Positions 21,470-35,767 of a stretch of DNA of 49,001 nucleotides are shown piece by piece. The position numbers and the translations under genes were made by a program. Location of the stretch: NCBI RefSeq assembly GCF_006345805.1, contig NW_021836865.1, forward strand, positions 1-49,001, in the 5' to 3' direction. Below the pieces are notes generated by a model that made no database searches, was not told the DNA's origin, and was given only the letters and a program-made list of their open reading frames with translations. Source of the stretch: Octopus sinensis. Its lineage: Eukaryota. Position 1 is the first letter of the stretch. Every line of letters starts with the position of its first letter.

Positions 21470-22570
21470 CACACATACATACATTCATACATACACACAT
21501 ACATACACACACATACATACATATATACACACATACATACATATGTACACACATACATACATACATACTACATACAAACGTACATATACATACATACATA
21601 CATACATAAACACATACATACATACATACATACATACATACATACATACATACATACATACATACATACATGCATATATACATGCATACATACATACATA
21701 CACACACATACATACACACATACATACATACATACGTACATACTTACCTACCTTTCACTCATTCTTTTTTCCTCTCTCCCTATCGTTCTCTCTTTCTCTG
21801 GAATTCTCACTTTGGTTATTTCCCCCTCTTATTCTCAATCTTCTCCTTTATTAGCTTTCATTCTCTTTCATTTTTTCATCCCTTTTCTTCCTTAAACCTT
21901 CTCTTTCTTCACCCCACCCCATCTCTTTGATTCGTACTCTCTCTCCTTTACTCTTTCTCTGTTTCTTTCTTGCTTACTCCCGTCTATATCAAAGATTAAC
22001 ACGGAGAGAAACGTAATGTAACTATAGAATGAGAAAGCGGAGTAAACAGAAACAAGAAGTCAATTGGGTATGAAAGAATGAGTCAAGAAAGGAAGAGATA
22101 CGATTTTGGAAGAAACGGTTGATAGGGGGAGAAAAAATACGAACAAAATCAGAAAAATGAATGAATGAATGAATGGAAAAGAGAAGTAAACTTAGAGGGA
22201 GAAAGTGAGAGAATGAAATGGCAAAAGAATAGGAGAATTAGAGTGAATAAAAGAAAGGAAAAGACAGAGAAAAGAATGAGAATGAGACAAAATACATATA
22301 ATTTGAATGAAGACAATAAGAGAGGTGTTATAAGAGTGTGTCAAAAGAGTAAGAAGGACAAAGAGCGGAAGCGAGGATGGTGTGGGAAAATTTAACGAAT
22401 TATATAATGGTAAAATAGAAAATGAGTGGCGTGAGAGAAGCGTAAAGAAAGAGGGCAAGGAGAATGGACGAGCAGAAGCAATGAGAGACGAATACAGGAC
22501 AAAAGAAATATATCGTGTGTGTATGTATGTATGTATGGAGACAGACAGACAGACAGATAGATAGATAGAT

Positions 22571-22655
<85 letters not shown>

Positions 22656-25050
22656 TACAAGAGAGAGAGAGAGAGAGGGAGAGAATTGGAAGTTGGACGA
22701 GAGCAGCAACCTGTGCGTGTGTGGCCAAGTCCAAACTCAATCATGTCTGAATGGAGTGTTGAGTGCATGTTTGGTCTGGAACATTCTCGGCTCATCTGTA
22801 GCACTCGTCCCACTGGCTAAAGCCCAGAGCGTTGTGAATAAAGGCCGAGAGAAAATATGGAAGGACAGAGAGGAGGTAGAGCGTTAAAAAAAATGGAAAA
22901 GTATGGTGTGTATTAGAGAGAGGAAGAGAGACAAAGAGGTTAGGAAAGAAAATAATGAGACATGATGGAGAGAAGAGAGTGTGAGAAGAACAAGAATAGA
23001 GTCTACGTGACAGAATAGAAATCAAAGACAGAAGCAGTAAAAACATGAGAGAGAGAAAGTGAGAAGTGACAGAGTATGTAAAGGGAGAAACAGGCGTGCA
23101 GATGGATAGAAAAAAAGGAGAGGGTAAAGATGAGCGTAAACAATGGTGACAGCATAAGACACGAACTAAGGTAAAGGTGCAGAATTAAACAATAACAAAG
23201 TGTGTAGGTAGGGAATGGAGAAGGGCGGACCAAGAGAGGTTGAGTGATAGGAGGAAAAGAATGGAGAAAGAGTATCTGAACAAGGGAGGGACAGACCCAG
23301 AGAGTTTGAGTGATAGGAGGGAAAAGGATAGAGAAAGAGTAGCAGAGCAAGGCAGAGGTAGAACAAAGAAGTTGAGTGATAGAAGAGATAAGAATGGAGA
23401 AAGAGTATTTGAACGAGAAAAGACTCAGCGGGGTGGGACTGAGAAGAAGAAAGAGAAAACAAGATCGAGAGAAATGAGTGTTTAAGATAGAGAAATAAGG
23501 TGTTAGAGGGAGATAAGGAGAAAGAGAGAGCAAAAAGAAAGTGACGCATATAAAGTGATGGAAAAGGAAAGACAGGGAGACTAGTGTGAGAGATGGTTTT
23601 GAGAGGGGTTAATTTGAACGATGTATTTGAAAGAGAAAGAGACGAATCGTCAGAGCTGTGAGAGAAGTATAGAGTGAAAAAAAGAAAGTGTATGAAGGAG
23701 AGTTAGAGCGTGAAAGACATAGTAAGAGAGATAAGATATTGAGCGATAGAATTAGAGTATTAGAGATGGAGAGTGTGTGCTGGTGACAGAGAGGGAAGGA
23801 GAGCAACAGAGCAGCTGTGAAGGAGAGTTAGAACGAGAAAATCTGAGTGAAACGGGAGGCAAAGCGACGTAAGTGTATTTGTATGTATATGTATGTGTAT
23901 GTGCGTGAGTGTGTGTGAGCGTGAGAGAGAAAGGGTGGGGGAAACCTAAAGATGATTTTAATGGAAAATGGAAAAATATTGTTTATAGACACAATACCTA
24001 AAATTTAGAGGAGATGTTATGGTTGATGGTCTTGACCCCAGTTCTTTAAATAATGCTGTATTTTATTGATCCCACGAAAAAAATGAAAAGCGTAGTTTGG
24101 TTACAACGGAATTTGAAGAAAAATATGTTACAACTGGATATATGAGTGTGAGTGTGAGCAAAGGAGGGAGTTTGTGGAAAGCACAAATGTGTGTGTGTGT
24201 GTGTGCATGCGTGCGTGCGTGTGTGCATGTGTGTGTGTGTCTGCGTACGTACGTGTGTGCGTACGTGTGAGCGTAAGAGCAAGACAATGAGAGAGAGGGA
24301 GTGTGCGACAGCGTGGAGAGAAATGGATACAGAAATGGAGAAAGTTACAGTGTCAGAGAGGATGAGTGAATAAGGATAAGGACAGTTACAGCTGCTTGTG
24401 TGAGACAGATAGAGATAGACGGAGAAATACGGCAATCGAAAGCTAAACAGACAGTAATTAATGTATGTGTGGGAAGTTAGATTTTGTAGATGTTAGATGT
24501 AAGTGAAGGGAAGTTAGATTTTGTAAGAGATATTCTAGAAAATAATAATAAAGACAGTAATAGTGTGTATAGGAGTGAGTGAGGGAAGTTCGAGACAGAG
24601 AGAGTCAAAAGAGAATAAAGAGTGTGCAAATAGAGAGTTTGAGTAAAAAGGTGTTTGAGTGAAAGAGGCGGCAGAGACAGAGGTGGGGAAGAAATTGAAT
24701 CATGTGTGTGTGTGAGTGAGAGAGAAAGAGAGAGGGGAGGAGAGAAAGATAGACAGACAGATTTAGGATTAGAAGTGGGGGAGAGGACCTATCGCGTATG
24801 TAAGAGAGACAACGGTGTGAAAGAGAGAAAGAGACAGAGATAAATGTGAAAGAGACGAAATGTGTGTGTGAGGGAAAAGAGGGAGGGAGGAAAACACAAA
24901 GTGAGGGAGAGAGGAGGGAGGAGAGTGGTGGGGAGAGAAAATAAAGAGAGAGAGACGGGTGAGGGGGAGGGAGAAAAACAGAGAGACAGAGGTGGGAGCC
25001 AGTGTATCATGTAAGTGAGAGGGAGAGAGAGAGAATAGAAAGAGACTAGG
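19990..25050. repeat. Cryptic purine/pyrimidine-asymmetric low-complexity region containing (CATA)n (about 21470-21745) and (GATA)n (about 22555-22655)
   Basis: Plus strand is A/G-rich at about 20000-20640 and 21990-25050, and C/T-rich at about 21280-21970. Confidence 0.85.
20980..21095 (-). mobile_element. SINE family B 3' fragment
   Basis: TTTCTTTATTACCCACAAGGGGCTAAAGACAGAGGGGACAAACAAGGACAGAC..CTGGTACTTAATTTATCGACCCCGAAAG. Confidence 0.85.
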
Positions 25051-25496
25051 AGTACGATGAGGGTGTCAATGTAAGCGTGTAAGCATGTGTATCCAGTTGG
25101 AGATGTAGTGGAAGTAGTAGTAGTGGTGAATGTGGTGGTGGTGGTGGTGGTAGTGATCGGCCAACACCGGCCGTTTTCAGTCTGTCGTTTATTACCCAGC
25201 TGCACGCTGCCAGGTAAGAAGCTCCGTAGTTGTATTATTACTGTTCCTACTACTACTACTGCCACCAGCATTTGTATTGTTTTAGCAGTATTAGTTGTTG
25301 TTGTTGTTGTATTTTCTCTCCACCACCACCACCACCACTAGAAACCGCGATGTATCTATCACCAGTCATCAATTACCGTCTGAACGTCCGTTACGCGCAC
25401 CTTTGACGGCGTCGACCATACACGTTCCTGTTCAGAAACCATATAATATACATACATCAGACAGGTGTGTGTGTATATATATATATATTGCATAGA

Positions 25497-25602
25497 GGGC
25501 ATTATTACACATAAATGCCACACACTAAGAGGGACATAAGTCATTACTACCAAAATTTAACTAATCATAAGATTCCTTATTAAGATTTTATCCTTAATTG
25601 TT
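25497..25602 (+). mobile_element. (TA)n-embedded module homologous to the 454-578 palindrome arm and the 790-825 tail
   Basis: GGGCATTATTACACATAAATGCC.CACACTA.GAGGGACA.AAGTCATTACTACCAAAA..ACTAATCATA followed by AAGATTCCTTATTAAGATT.TATCCTT. Confidence 0.8.
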
Positions 25603-25994
25603 ATATATATATATATATTATATTATATTATATTATTATATTCGCTGACTTGAAGGCGGCGGTACCCCAGCATGGCCGCAGCCCATTGACTGAAGCCAGT
25701 AATAGAGTATCTTGTATGTGTTGTTTTTGCTTCCATTCAATTGTTTCCTTTCGTTTCCATTCAATTTTCGTCTTTCATATCTATCTATTTCTCTATCTAT
25801 CCACACACACACACAACAATACATATGTGTCAGTGTGTTTATGTATTTCTCTGCATTTGTTGTTTACAAATACAGAGAACTAAAAACATTGCTTATATTG
25901 AAAACCTTGGCTGTTAATGTAAACATGTTTTTTGAATGTGTGTTTGTTTGTGTGTGAAAAATTGAAGTACAAAATATACGTGTTTAATGTATAA

Positions 25995-26098
25995 TGTTTG
26001 AATATATATATATGTGTGTGTGTGTATGTATATATATGTATGTATATATGTGTGTGTATGTATATATATGTGTGTATGTATGTATATATATATGTGTG

Positions 26099-26197
<99 letters not shown>

Positions 26198-26535
26198 GTA
26201 TATGTATGTATATATATGTATGTATATAATGTATATATATATATATATGTATGTATATATATATATGTATATATATGTATATATATGTATATATATATAT
26301 GTATGTATATATATATGTATATATATATATTGTATATATAGTTATGTATATATATGTATATATATATATGTATGTATATATATGTATATATATATGTATG
26401 TATATATATATGTAATATATATATATGTATATATAATATGTATGTATATATATAGTATGTATATATATATGTATATAATATATATATGTATATATTATAG
26501 TATGTATATATTATGTATGTAGATATATGTATGAT

Positions 26536-26575
<40 letters not shown>

Positions 26576-26852
26576 TATATTATATATATATGTTATATAT
26601 ATAGTATGTATAATATATGTATATATATATAATATATGTATGTATATATATATGTATGTATATATATGTATATATATTATGTATATATATATGTATGTTA
26701 ATATGTATGTATATATATATGTATATATATATATGTATGTATATATATATGTAGTATTATATATGTTATATATATATATATATAATATATATGTATATAG
26801 TATATATATATGTATATATATATATATGTATATATATGTATATATATATATG

Positions 26853-26899
<47 letters not shown>

Positions 26900-27238
26900 G
26901 TAATATATATATGTATATATATATATTGTATATATATATGTATATATATATATATGTATATATATGTATATATATATTATTGTATATTGATATATGTATA
27001 TTTTATATGTATATATATATATGTATATATATATATGTATATATATATGTATATATAATATATATGTATATATATATGTATATATATATGTATATATATA
27101 TGTATATATATATATGTACATATTATAGTATTAATATAGTGTATATATATATATATATATGTAATATATATATATATATGTATTATATATATGATATATA
27201 TATATATGTATATATATATATGATGTATATATTGTATG

Positions 27239-27278
<40 letters not shown>

Positions 27279-27922
27279 TATGTATATATATATATGTATA
27301 TATATATATGTTATATTATAATGTATATATATATGTATATATATATATATATTATATATAATATATATATGTATATATATATATATATGTTATATATAAT
27401 ATATATATCTATATATATATTATGATATAGATATATATATGTATATATATATATGTAATATTATATATATTATGATATATATATATATGTATATATATAG
27501 ATGTATTATATATATATGTATATATGTATGTATATATATATGTATATATATATATGTATATATATATCTATGTATTATATATGTTATATATGTATATATG
27601 TATGTATATATATATATATAGTATATATATATATGTATATAGTATATATGTAGTATATATAGTATATATGTATGTATATATGTATGTATATATATTGTAT
27701 ATGTATGTATGTAGTATATATAGGTATATGTATGTATGTATGTATATAATGTATATATGTATATAGTATGTAATATGTATGTATATATATAGTATGTATA
27801 TATATTATGTATATATATTATATATATATATGTATATATAATATATTATGTATATATATAGATTATGTTATATATATATATATATGTATATATGTATATA
27901 TATAATGTATGTATATATTATA

Positions 27923-27954
<32 letters not shown>

Positions 27955-28197
27955 GTATATATATATTGTATATATATATGTATATAATATATATATATGA
28001 TGTATATATAGATATGTATATATATATATATAGTTATATATTATGTATATATATATATGTATATATATATATGTTATATATATATATATATGTATATATT
28101 AAGTATATATATAGATGTATTATATATATATTGTATTATCATATATGTATATATTATATATATGTATATATATATATATAGGTATATAATATATATG

Positions 28198-28230
<33 letters not shown>

Positions 28231-28348
28231 GTGTATATAATATAATATGTGTATTATATATATAGGGTATATATATATATGTATATATATATATAATGTA
28301 TATATATATAATGTATATAATATATATGATGATATATGTGATATGTAT

Positions 28349-28384
<36 letters not shown>

Positions 28385-29139
28385 GTATATGTATGTTATT
28401 ATATTATTATATGTATGTATGTATATATGTATATGTATGTATATATATATATATGTATGTATATATTATAATATATATGTAGTATATATATATATATATA
28501 TGTATGTAGATATAATATATATGTATGTATATATATATATATGTATGTATGTATATATATATAATGTATGTATGTATATATATATATGTATGTTATATAT
28601 ATATATATATGTATGATGTATGTATATATATATAAGGTATGATGTATATATATATATATGTATGTATATATATATATATTATGTATGTATGTATATATTA
28701 TAGTATGTATGTATATTATATATATATATGTATGTATATATATATATGTATATGTATGTATATATATATTATATATATATATGTATATGTATTGTATATA
28801 TATGTTATATATGTATGTATATTATATATGTATATATATGTATGTATATATAATATATATATGTAGGTATATATATATATATAATATGTATGTATATATA
28901 TATATATGTCTGATATATATAGTAATATATATATATGTATGATATATATATAATATGTATGTATATATATATATATATGTATGTATGTATATATTATATA
29001 TTATATGTATGTATATATATATATATATATTATATATATGTATGTATATATATATATATTATATATATGTATGTATATATATATATAATGTATGTATATA
29101 TATATATATATGTATGTATATATATATATATATTGTATG

Positions 29140-29170
<31 letters not shown>

Positions 29171-29443
29171 ATATATATATATATATTATATGTATGTATA
29201 TATATATATATATATAATATGTATGTAGATATATATATATATATATATGTATGTATATATATATATATGTATGTATATATATATAATTGTATGTATATGT
29301 ATGTATATATATATAATATATGTATGAATATGTATGTATATATATATATATATATTATGTATATATGTATGTATTATATATATATATTATATGTATGTAT
29401 ATATGTATTATATATATATATATGTATGTATATATATATATAT

Positions 29444-29476
<33 letters not shown>

Positions 29477-29543
29477 GTATGTATATATATAATATTAATA
29501 TATATATATGTATATATATATATATATGTATTATATAGATTAT

Positions 29544-29577
<34 letters not shown>

Positions 29578-29723
29578 GTATGTATATATATGTATGTTAT
29601 ATTATGTATGTATATATACGTATGTATATATATGTATGTATTATAATGTATGTATAATATATGTATATAGTATATGTATATATATGTATGTATATATATA
29701 TATATGTTATATATATATGTATG

Positions 29724-29777
<54 letters not shown>

Positions 29778-29957
29778 TATATGATATTAGTATGTTATAT
29801 ATATATATGATATATATATGTATATATATATATGTATATATATATGTATATATATATATGTATATAGATATATGTTATATATATATGTATATATGTATAT
29901 ATATATATATGTATGTTATATATATGTATATATGTATATATGTAGTATATATATATG

Positions 29958-30004
<47 letters not shown>

Positions 30005-30060
30005 ATATATATATGTATATATATATGTATATATATATATGTATATATATAGATATGTAT

Positions 30061-30121
<61 letters not shown>

Positions 30122-30212
30122 GTATTATATAATATATATATATGTATAATATATATATATGTATGTATATATATATGTATATATATATATATAGTATATA
30201 TATATATGTATG

Positions 30213-30254
<42 letters not shown>

Positions 30255-30481
30255 GTTATATATATCATATATGTATGTATATATATATAGTATGTTATAT
30301 ATATATGTATGTATATATATATATAGTATGTATATATATATATGTATGTATTATATATATATGTATGTATATATATATATGTATGTATATAGATATATAT
30401 GTATATATATTATATATATTGTATGTATATATATATGTATATATAATATATAGATGTATGTATCTATATATGTATATATAT

Positions 30482-30512
<31 letters not shown>

Positions 30513-30974
30513 GTATATTATATTGTATGTAATATATATATGTATGTATATATATATATGTATTATATATAGTCTTATTATGTATATCTATGTATGTTAT
30601 ATATAATATATATATATACTATATATATGTATGTAATATATATATGTAATATATATATATATATGTATATATTATATAATGATATATATATATATATATG
30701 TATGTATAGATATATATATATGTATATATATATATATATGTATGTATATATTATATTATATGTATATATATAATATATATTATGGTATATATTATAGATA
30801 TGTATGTATATATGTATATATATATGTATGTATATAATGTATGTATATATATGTATGTATATATATGTATGATATATATGTATGTATATATATGATGTAT
30901 AATATGTATGTATATATATATGTAATATATATAGTATTATATATGTATGTTATATATATGTATATATATGTATG

Positions 30975-31013
<39 letters not shown>

Positions 31014-31067
31014 GTATATATATATGTATGTATATATATATGTATATATATATATGTATATATTATG

Positions 31068-31161
<94 letters not shown>

Positions 31162-31200
31162 TATGTATGAATATATATATGTATGTATATATATATATTT
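25995..31200. repeat. About 5.2-kb degenerate (TA)n/(TATG) simple-sequence array
   Basis: Direct reading. All ORFs here are Y/I/M/C/V microsatellite translations. Confidence 0.97.
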
Positions 31201-31919
31201 GATTGTGTCTTTACAACGCATCCGTGTGATTTAGCCCCGTTCTTCATTTGTTTACGTAACTGTATACATCAGTTTTACACACGTATATATCTGTATGTGC
31301 ATGTGTGTGTTGAGTGACCAAATCTATGATCCAATGCGTTCCATTCAAGACCATCCAAGTCATATTGGGGCTATCTAGGAATACATTATCCAATGTGTTC
31401 TTCCCGTTATCAAGACAGAAAGTCATGTTTAGAGAGAGAGAGATTTGCTTGCTATTTTCACCATGTCGGGTCACAAAGAAAAAGCATAATGGTTAGGTTA
31501 TACTTATGTGATACTGAATAAACATGCATTTACCGTAGCTGTAAATTGTCCAACATGTCTTCACACACACGCAAACAGATGTAATTGGTTTGACCATAGC
31601 CATATATAACCGAATTTCGGCCAGTTACATATACACAGTATGTAGTCTGCCAATTTATGAGTTTGTACACACACACACACACATATACCTAACTGATTGT
31701 GTGCACACTCTATTACAATACAATAGCGCACCACATTCATGCATGTATACGTATATACACAGCATATATGTAACTGTACGTTTTCCCGGATTTAAATTGT
31801 CAGTGCCCCAGCATAAGGGTGTATGTGTATATATATATGTGTCTGTGCGTGCGTGCGCATGTGTAAATATATGTGTGTGTATATATGTATTTATATATAT
31901 GTACATCCACACACACACA

Positions 31920-32089
31920 CATATTATATATATTATATATATATATATTATAATATATATAATTTATTTTATATATATTATATATATATATATATATTAT
32001 ATATATATATATATATTATATATATATATATATTATTTTATATATATATATTATATATATTTATTTATTTATATATATATATATATATT

Positions 32090-32127
<38 letters not shown>

Positions 32128-32148
32128 TTTATTATATATATATATATT

Positions 32149-32188
<40 letters not shown>

Positions 32189-32296
32189 TTATATATATAT
32201 ATTATTTCATACTATATATATATATATATATTTATTTTATATATATATCTTTATTTCATATATATTATATATATATATATATTTATTTTATATATA

Positions 32297-32334
<38 letters not shown>

Positions 32335-32368
32335 TATTAGATATATATTTATAGATATATATTATATA

Positions 32369-32417
<49 letters not shown>

Positions 32418-32418
32418 A

Positions 32419-32481
<63 letters not shown>
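31920..32481. repeat. Degenerate (TA)n array with TTTATT variants
   Basis: Direct reading. Confidence 0.95.
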
Positions 32482-32483
<2 letters not shown>

Positions 32484-32771
32484 CGCAGGAGTAGCTGTGT
32501 GGTAAGAAGCATGGTTCCCAGACCCACGGTTCTGGGTTCAGTTCCACTGCGTGGCACTTTGGGCAAGTGTCTACCGTATCCTGAAGACCGTCGTATATAT
32601 GTATTTGTGCGTGTGCGTGTGTTTGTCCCCCCCACCCCATCATCGCTTCAGTAAAATAGACTGATAAAATAAGTACTAGGCTTACAAAGAATTAGTCCTG
32701 GGGTCAATTTATTCAACTAAAGGTGTGCTCCAGCATGGCGGTAGTCAAATTGCTGAACACGTAAAAGAATA
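32482..32771 (+). mobile_element. SINE family A with internal deletions
   Basis: GGCGCAGGAGTAGCTGTGTGGTAAG head and GTAAAAGAATA tail. Confidence 0.88.
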
Positions 32772-32782
32772 TATATAATATA

Positions 32783-32821
<39 letters not shown>

Positions 32822-33100
32822 GTATGTATGTATGTATGTGCAGATGTACTTACGCATGTCTGTGCCTCGTAGCTTTAATTTCTGCCGATTATTAATAAAA
32901 ATATATATATACTAAAATCCACTTCAACATTTAAATTTGATTTGTCAAAATATTTTTGACAAATATATATACTCATGTTTTAAATTCTATTTTTCCTGGT
33001 TGCATCACCAAACCTATCAATCTATGTACCTATCTGTCTATCTGAATATCCATCTGTCTATCTATCTATTTATCTATCTATAAACATATATATATGTATG

Positions 33101-33155
<55 letters not shown>

Positions 33156-33188
<33 letters not shown>

Positions 33189-33452
33189 TTAGCGTCCGCT
33201 TTCCATGCTAGCATGGGTTGGACGGTTCAACTGGGGTCTGTGAAGCTAGAAGGCTGCATCAGGCCCAGTCTGATCTGGCAGTGTTTCTACGGCTGGATGC
33301 CTTTCCTAACGCCAACCACTCCGTGAGTGTAGTGGGTGCTTTTTACGTGCCACCCGCACAGGTGCCAGATGGAGCTGGCAAACGGCTACGGACGGATGGT
33401 GCTTTTTACGTGCCACCGGCACGAGGCCAGTCAGGGCGGCGCTGGCAACAGT
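33156..33452 (-). mobile_element. RTE 3'-end element with a (GAT)n tail
   Basis: Matches the 3' UTR of the RTE at 44716-46572 (GGCACGTAAAAAGCACCCACTACACTC..GGAAGGGCATCCAGC..CCAACCCATGC.AGCATGGAAAG). Confidence 0.88.
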
Positions 33453-33453
33453 C

Positions 33454-33499
<46 letters not shown>

Positions 33500-33776
33500 A
33501 TATATATAAACAGATATAGATTTATCGGCAGGTACATATACATGTATATAAGCATATATATATGTGTAGGTATATATGCATGTGTATGTGTGTTGAAATA
33601 AGACTGATAGAGTAAGCTGTTTGGCAAAACTTGAAGTTGCCGTCAGCATGAACTTTACAATAAATGACCAGACAGTATCAAATCCTTTGTTCTTCCACTA
33701 GTTTTAAGATAGTACCAATTTAATACAAACACTCATACATAATTACATAATTATACTTGCATATATATATATATAT

Positions 33777-34183
33777 GCGCAGGAGTGACTGTGTGGATAA
33801 TAGCTTGCTAAAACCACATGGTTCCGGGTTCAGTCCCACTGCGTGGCATCTTGGGCAAGTGTCTTTTGCTATAGCCCCGGGCCGACCAATGCCTTGTGAG
33901 TGATTTGTAGACAGAACTGAAAAGCCTGTCGTATATATTATATATATATATATATATGGTATGTGGGTGTGTTTGTGTGTCTGTGTTTGTCCCCCTAGCA
34001 TTGCTTGACAACCGATGCTGGTGTGTTTACGTCCCCGTCACCTAGCGGTTCGGTAAAAGAGACTAATAGAATAAGTACTGGGCTTACAAAGAATAAGTCC
34101 CGGGGTCGATTTGCTCGACTAAAGATGGTGCTCCAGCATGGCCGCAGTCAAATGACTGAAACAAATAAAAGAGTAAAAGAGTA
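33777..34183 (+). mobile_element. SINE family A, full length
   Basis: Complete head-to-tail match to the 7070-7480 copy. Confidence 0.92.
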
Positions 34184-34434
34184 ATATATATCAGAAAGAG
34201 AGATGCCAAAGAACTAAGTGATTATCTTATGAACTTCATTAGCTTACAACTGTTTCTATTATAAAATGCAGTGGGCTTATAGATGTGTACCTGAATAACA
34301 CCATTTAGCTTCATCAGAGCTTTGAATATGAAATGCAATTTATTTGGGGGAAAATTTCATTCATGCCTGTATAGGAAACTACATCAACAAAACCTAAGTG
34401 AAATATATTTCACTTAGGCCGTGTTGTACACATT

Positions 34435-34740
34435 ATGGAATTATGGAATTTGTACCAACTCCTTTCCTGCAGATTGAGCAGAGTTATTTACCTGTTGGTA
34501 GCCGGGTCCTGTCTTCTTTCCTTTTTACTAATACTAGTCTTTATTAAGTATACTTTGAGATTTCTCATGACTAGGTTTTGCTTCCATGCCAGGAATTTCT
34601 TTTCGTATGCTACTTGAGATTCAACTCCAAGAATTAAGATCAGCATAGAGGACTTACCACAGACCTCTAGTCAAACTCTTTTGTTATGGCCTGAGAACTA
34701 TGTTAAATAGAAGGGGGCCCAGAGCTGAGCCCTGGCAGAT
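34435..34740 (-). pseudogene. RTE RT fragment
   Basis: Minus strand reads QGSALGPLLFNIVL..LYADL..FLAWKQNL..LCSICRKGVGTNSI, the same type as 44716-45981. Confidence 0.8.
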
Positions 34741-35574
34741 TTATTATCCTACCAGCATGATCAATTTATCTGCCATATACAAATGTGTATGGGTACATAT
34801 TTATGTATGCATGTGTCTGTGTGTATATGTATCATTGTCCTCTTTATCATATGTCTGCTTTCCATTCTGGCTTAGGTTAGATGGATTATCATAGTAGTCC
34901 AAGGAAAATCATGTCTCACTGCATATTTCATTTTTGACATGGCTTCTATGGTTGTATGCTTTTCCTCATGCAAAACAATATGCAGAGTATGTGTATGGTA
35001 TGAATTTCATTGTACCAGCACTTGAGAGTTTGTCATGTTCTCAAAATGATGTCTTACTTCACTCAAAAACCACATAACAGAGCATACTGAAGTCTTTAAT
35101 TTACTCTATGTTTTCTCCCTTTTTCTTTGAAAGCAAACATAAAACTGGTGAATAGAAGAGAGATCAAAAGAAGAGATCGGTAGGTGAGTGAGTAATAGAA
35201 GAGAGACAGTAATAGCTACGTGTTTTGTTTTTGCTGTGGGGATTGGATAAGAAACAGTATGAGCATGGTAGTGTCACAATAATGTGTGTAATAGCAAAAG
35301 AGAGCAGCTGAAGGCTGGAAATAGAAAAGGATGATGGTGAGAGTGATAGGTATCAATGAAGAGTCATGGAGGAGAGAATGATCATTAGTGATAAAGAAGA
35401 GTTAAGCCAATGAAGACATTTGAATGAATGGAAACACCGTTGAGTGGTGAGGACAAAGAGTATAAGGTAAACTCACTAAGGATTGAGGTATAATAAAATG
35501 TACAGAATACTCTGGGGAAGAGTTGGTAAATAAGCAGAAACAATAGGTAAGAGAACTTTTTAGTCCTGCTGAAG

Positions 35575-35750
35575 ACGGATGACTGCAACTGTGTGATAAG
35601 AAGTTTGCTTCCTAACCACATAGTTTTGGGTTCAATCCCACTATTAGACACCTTGGGTTAATGTCTTCTACTATAGCTCCAGGCTGGCCGAAGCTTTATG
35701 AATGGATTTGGTAGACAGAAGCTGAAGGAAGCCAATTGTGCACATGTGTA
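35575..35750 (+). mobile_element. SINE family A 5' half, degraded
   Basis: CTGTGTGATAAGAAGTTTGCTTCCTAACCACATAGTTTTGGGTTCAATCCCACT..GGATTTGGTAGACAGAAGCTGAA. Confidence 0.75.
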
Positions 35751-35767
35751 TGTATGTGTGTATATGT

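Noticed and set aside
22165-23806. Glu/Arg/Lys-rich and Leu/Ser/Phe-rich ORFs
   Set aside because: They are by-products of purine-strand bias, with no domain or splice support.
25994-32482. Many long ORFs of up to 365 aa rich in Y/I/M/C/V
   Set aside because: They are translations of (TA)n/(TATG)n, which lacks stop codons in some frames.
32940-32964. 11-bp-arm palindrome ATTTGTCAAAA-TAT-TTTTGACAAAT
   Set aside because: It is short and AT-rich, and plausible by chance or as a small repeat remnant.
35150-35560. Possible very old LINE 3' end on the minus strand
   Set aside because: Similarity to Jockey-type C-termini was too weak to support by eye.
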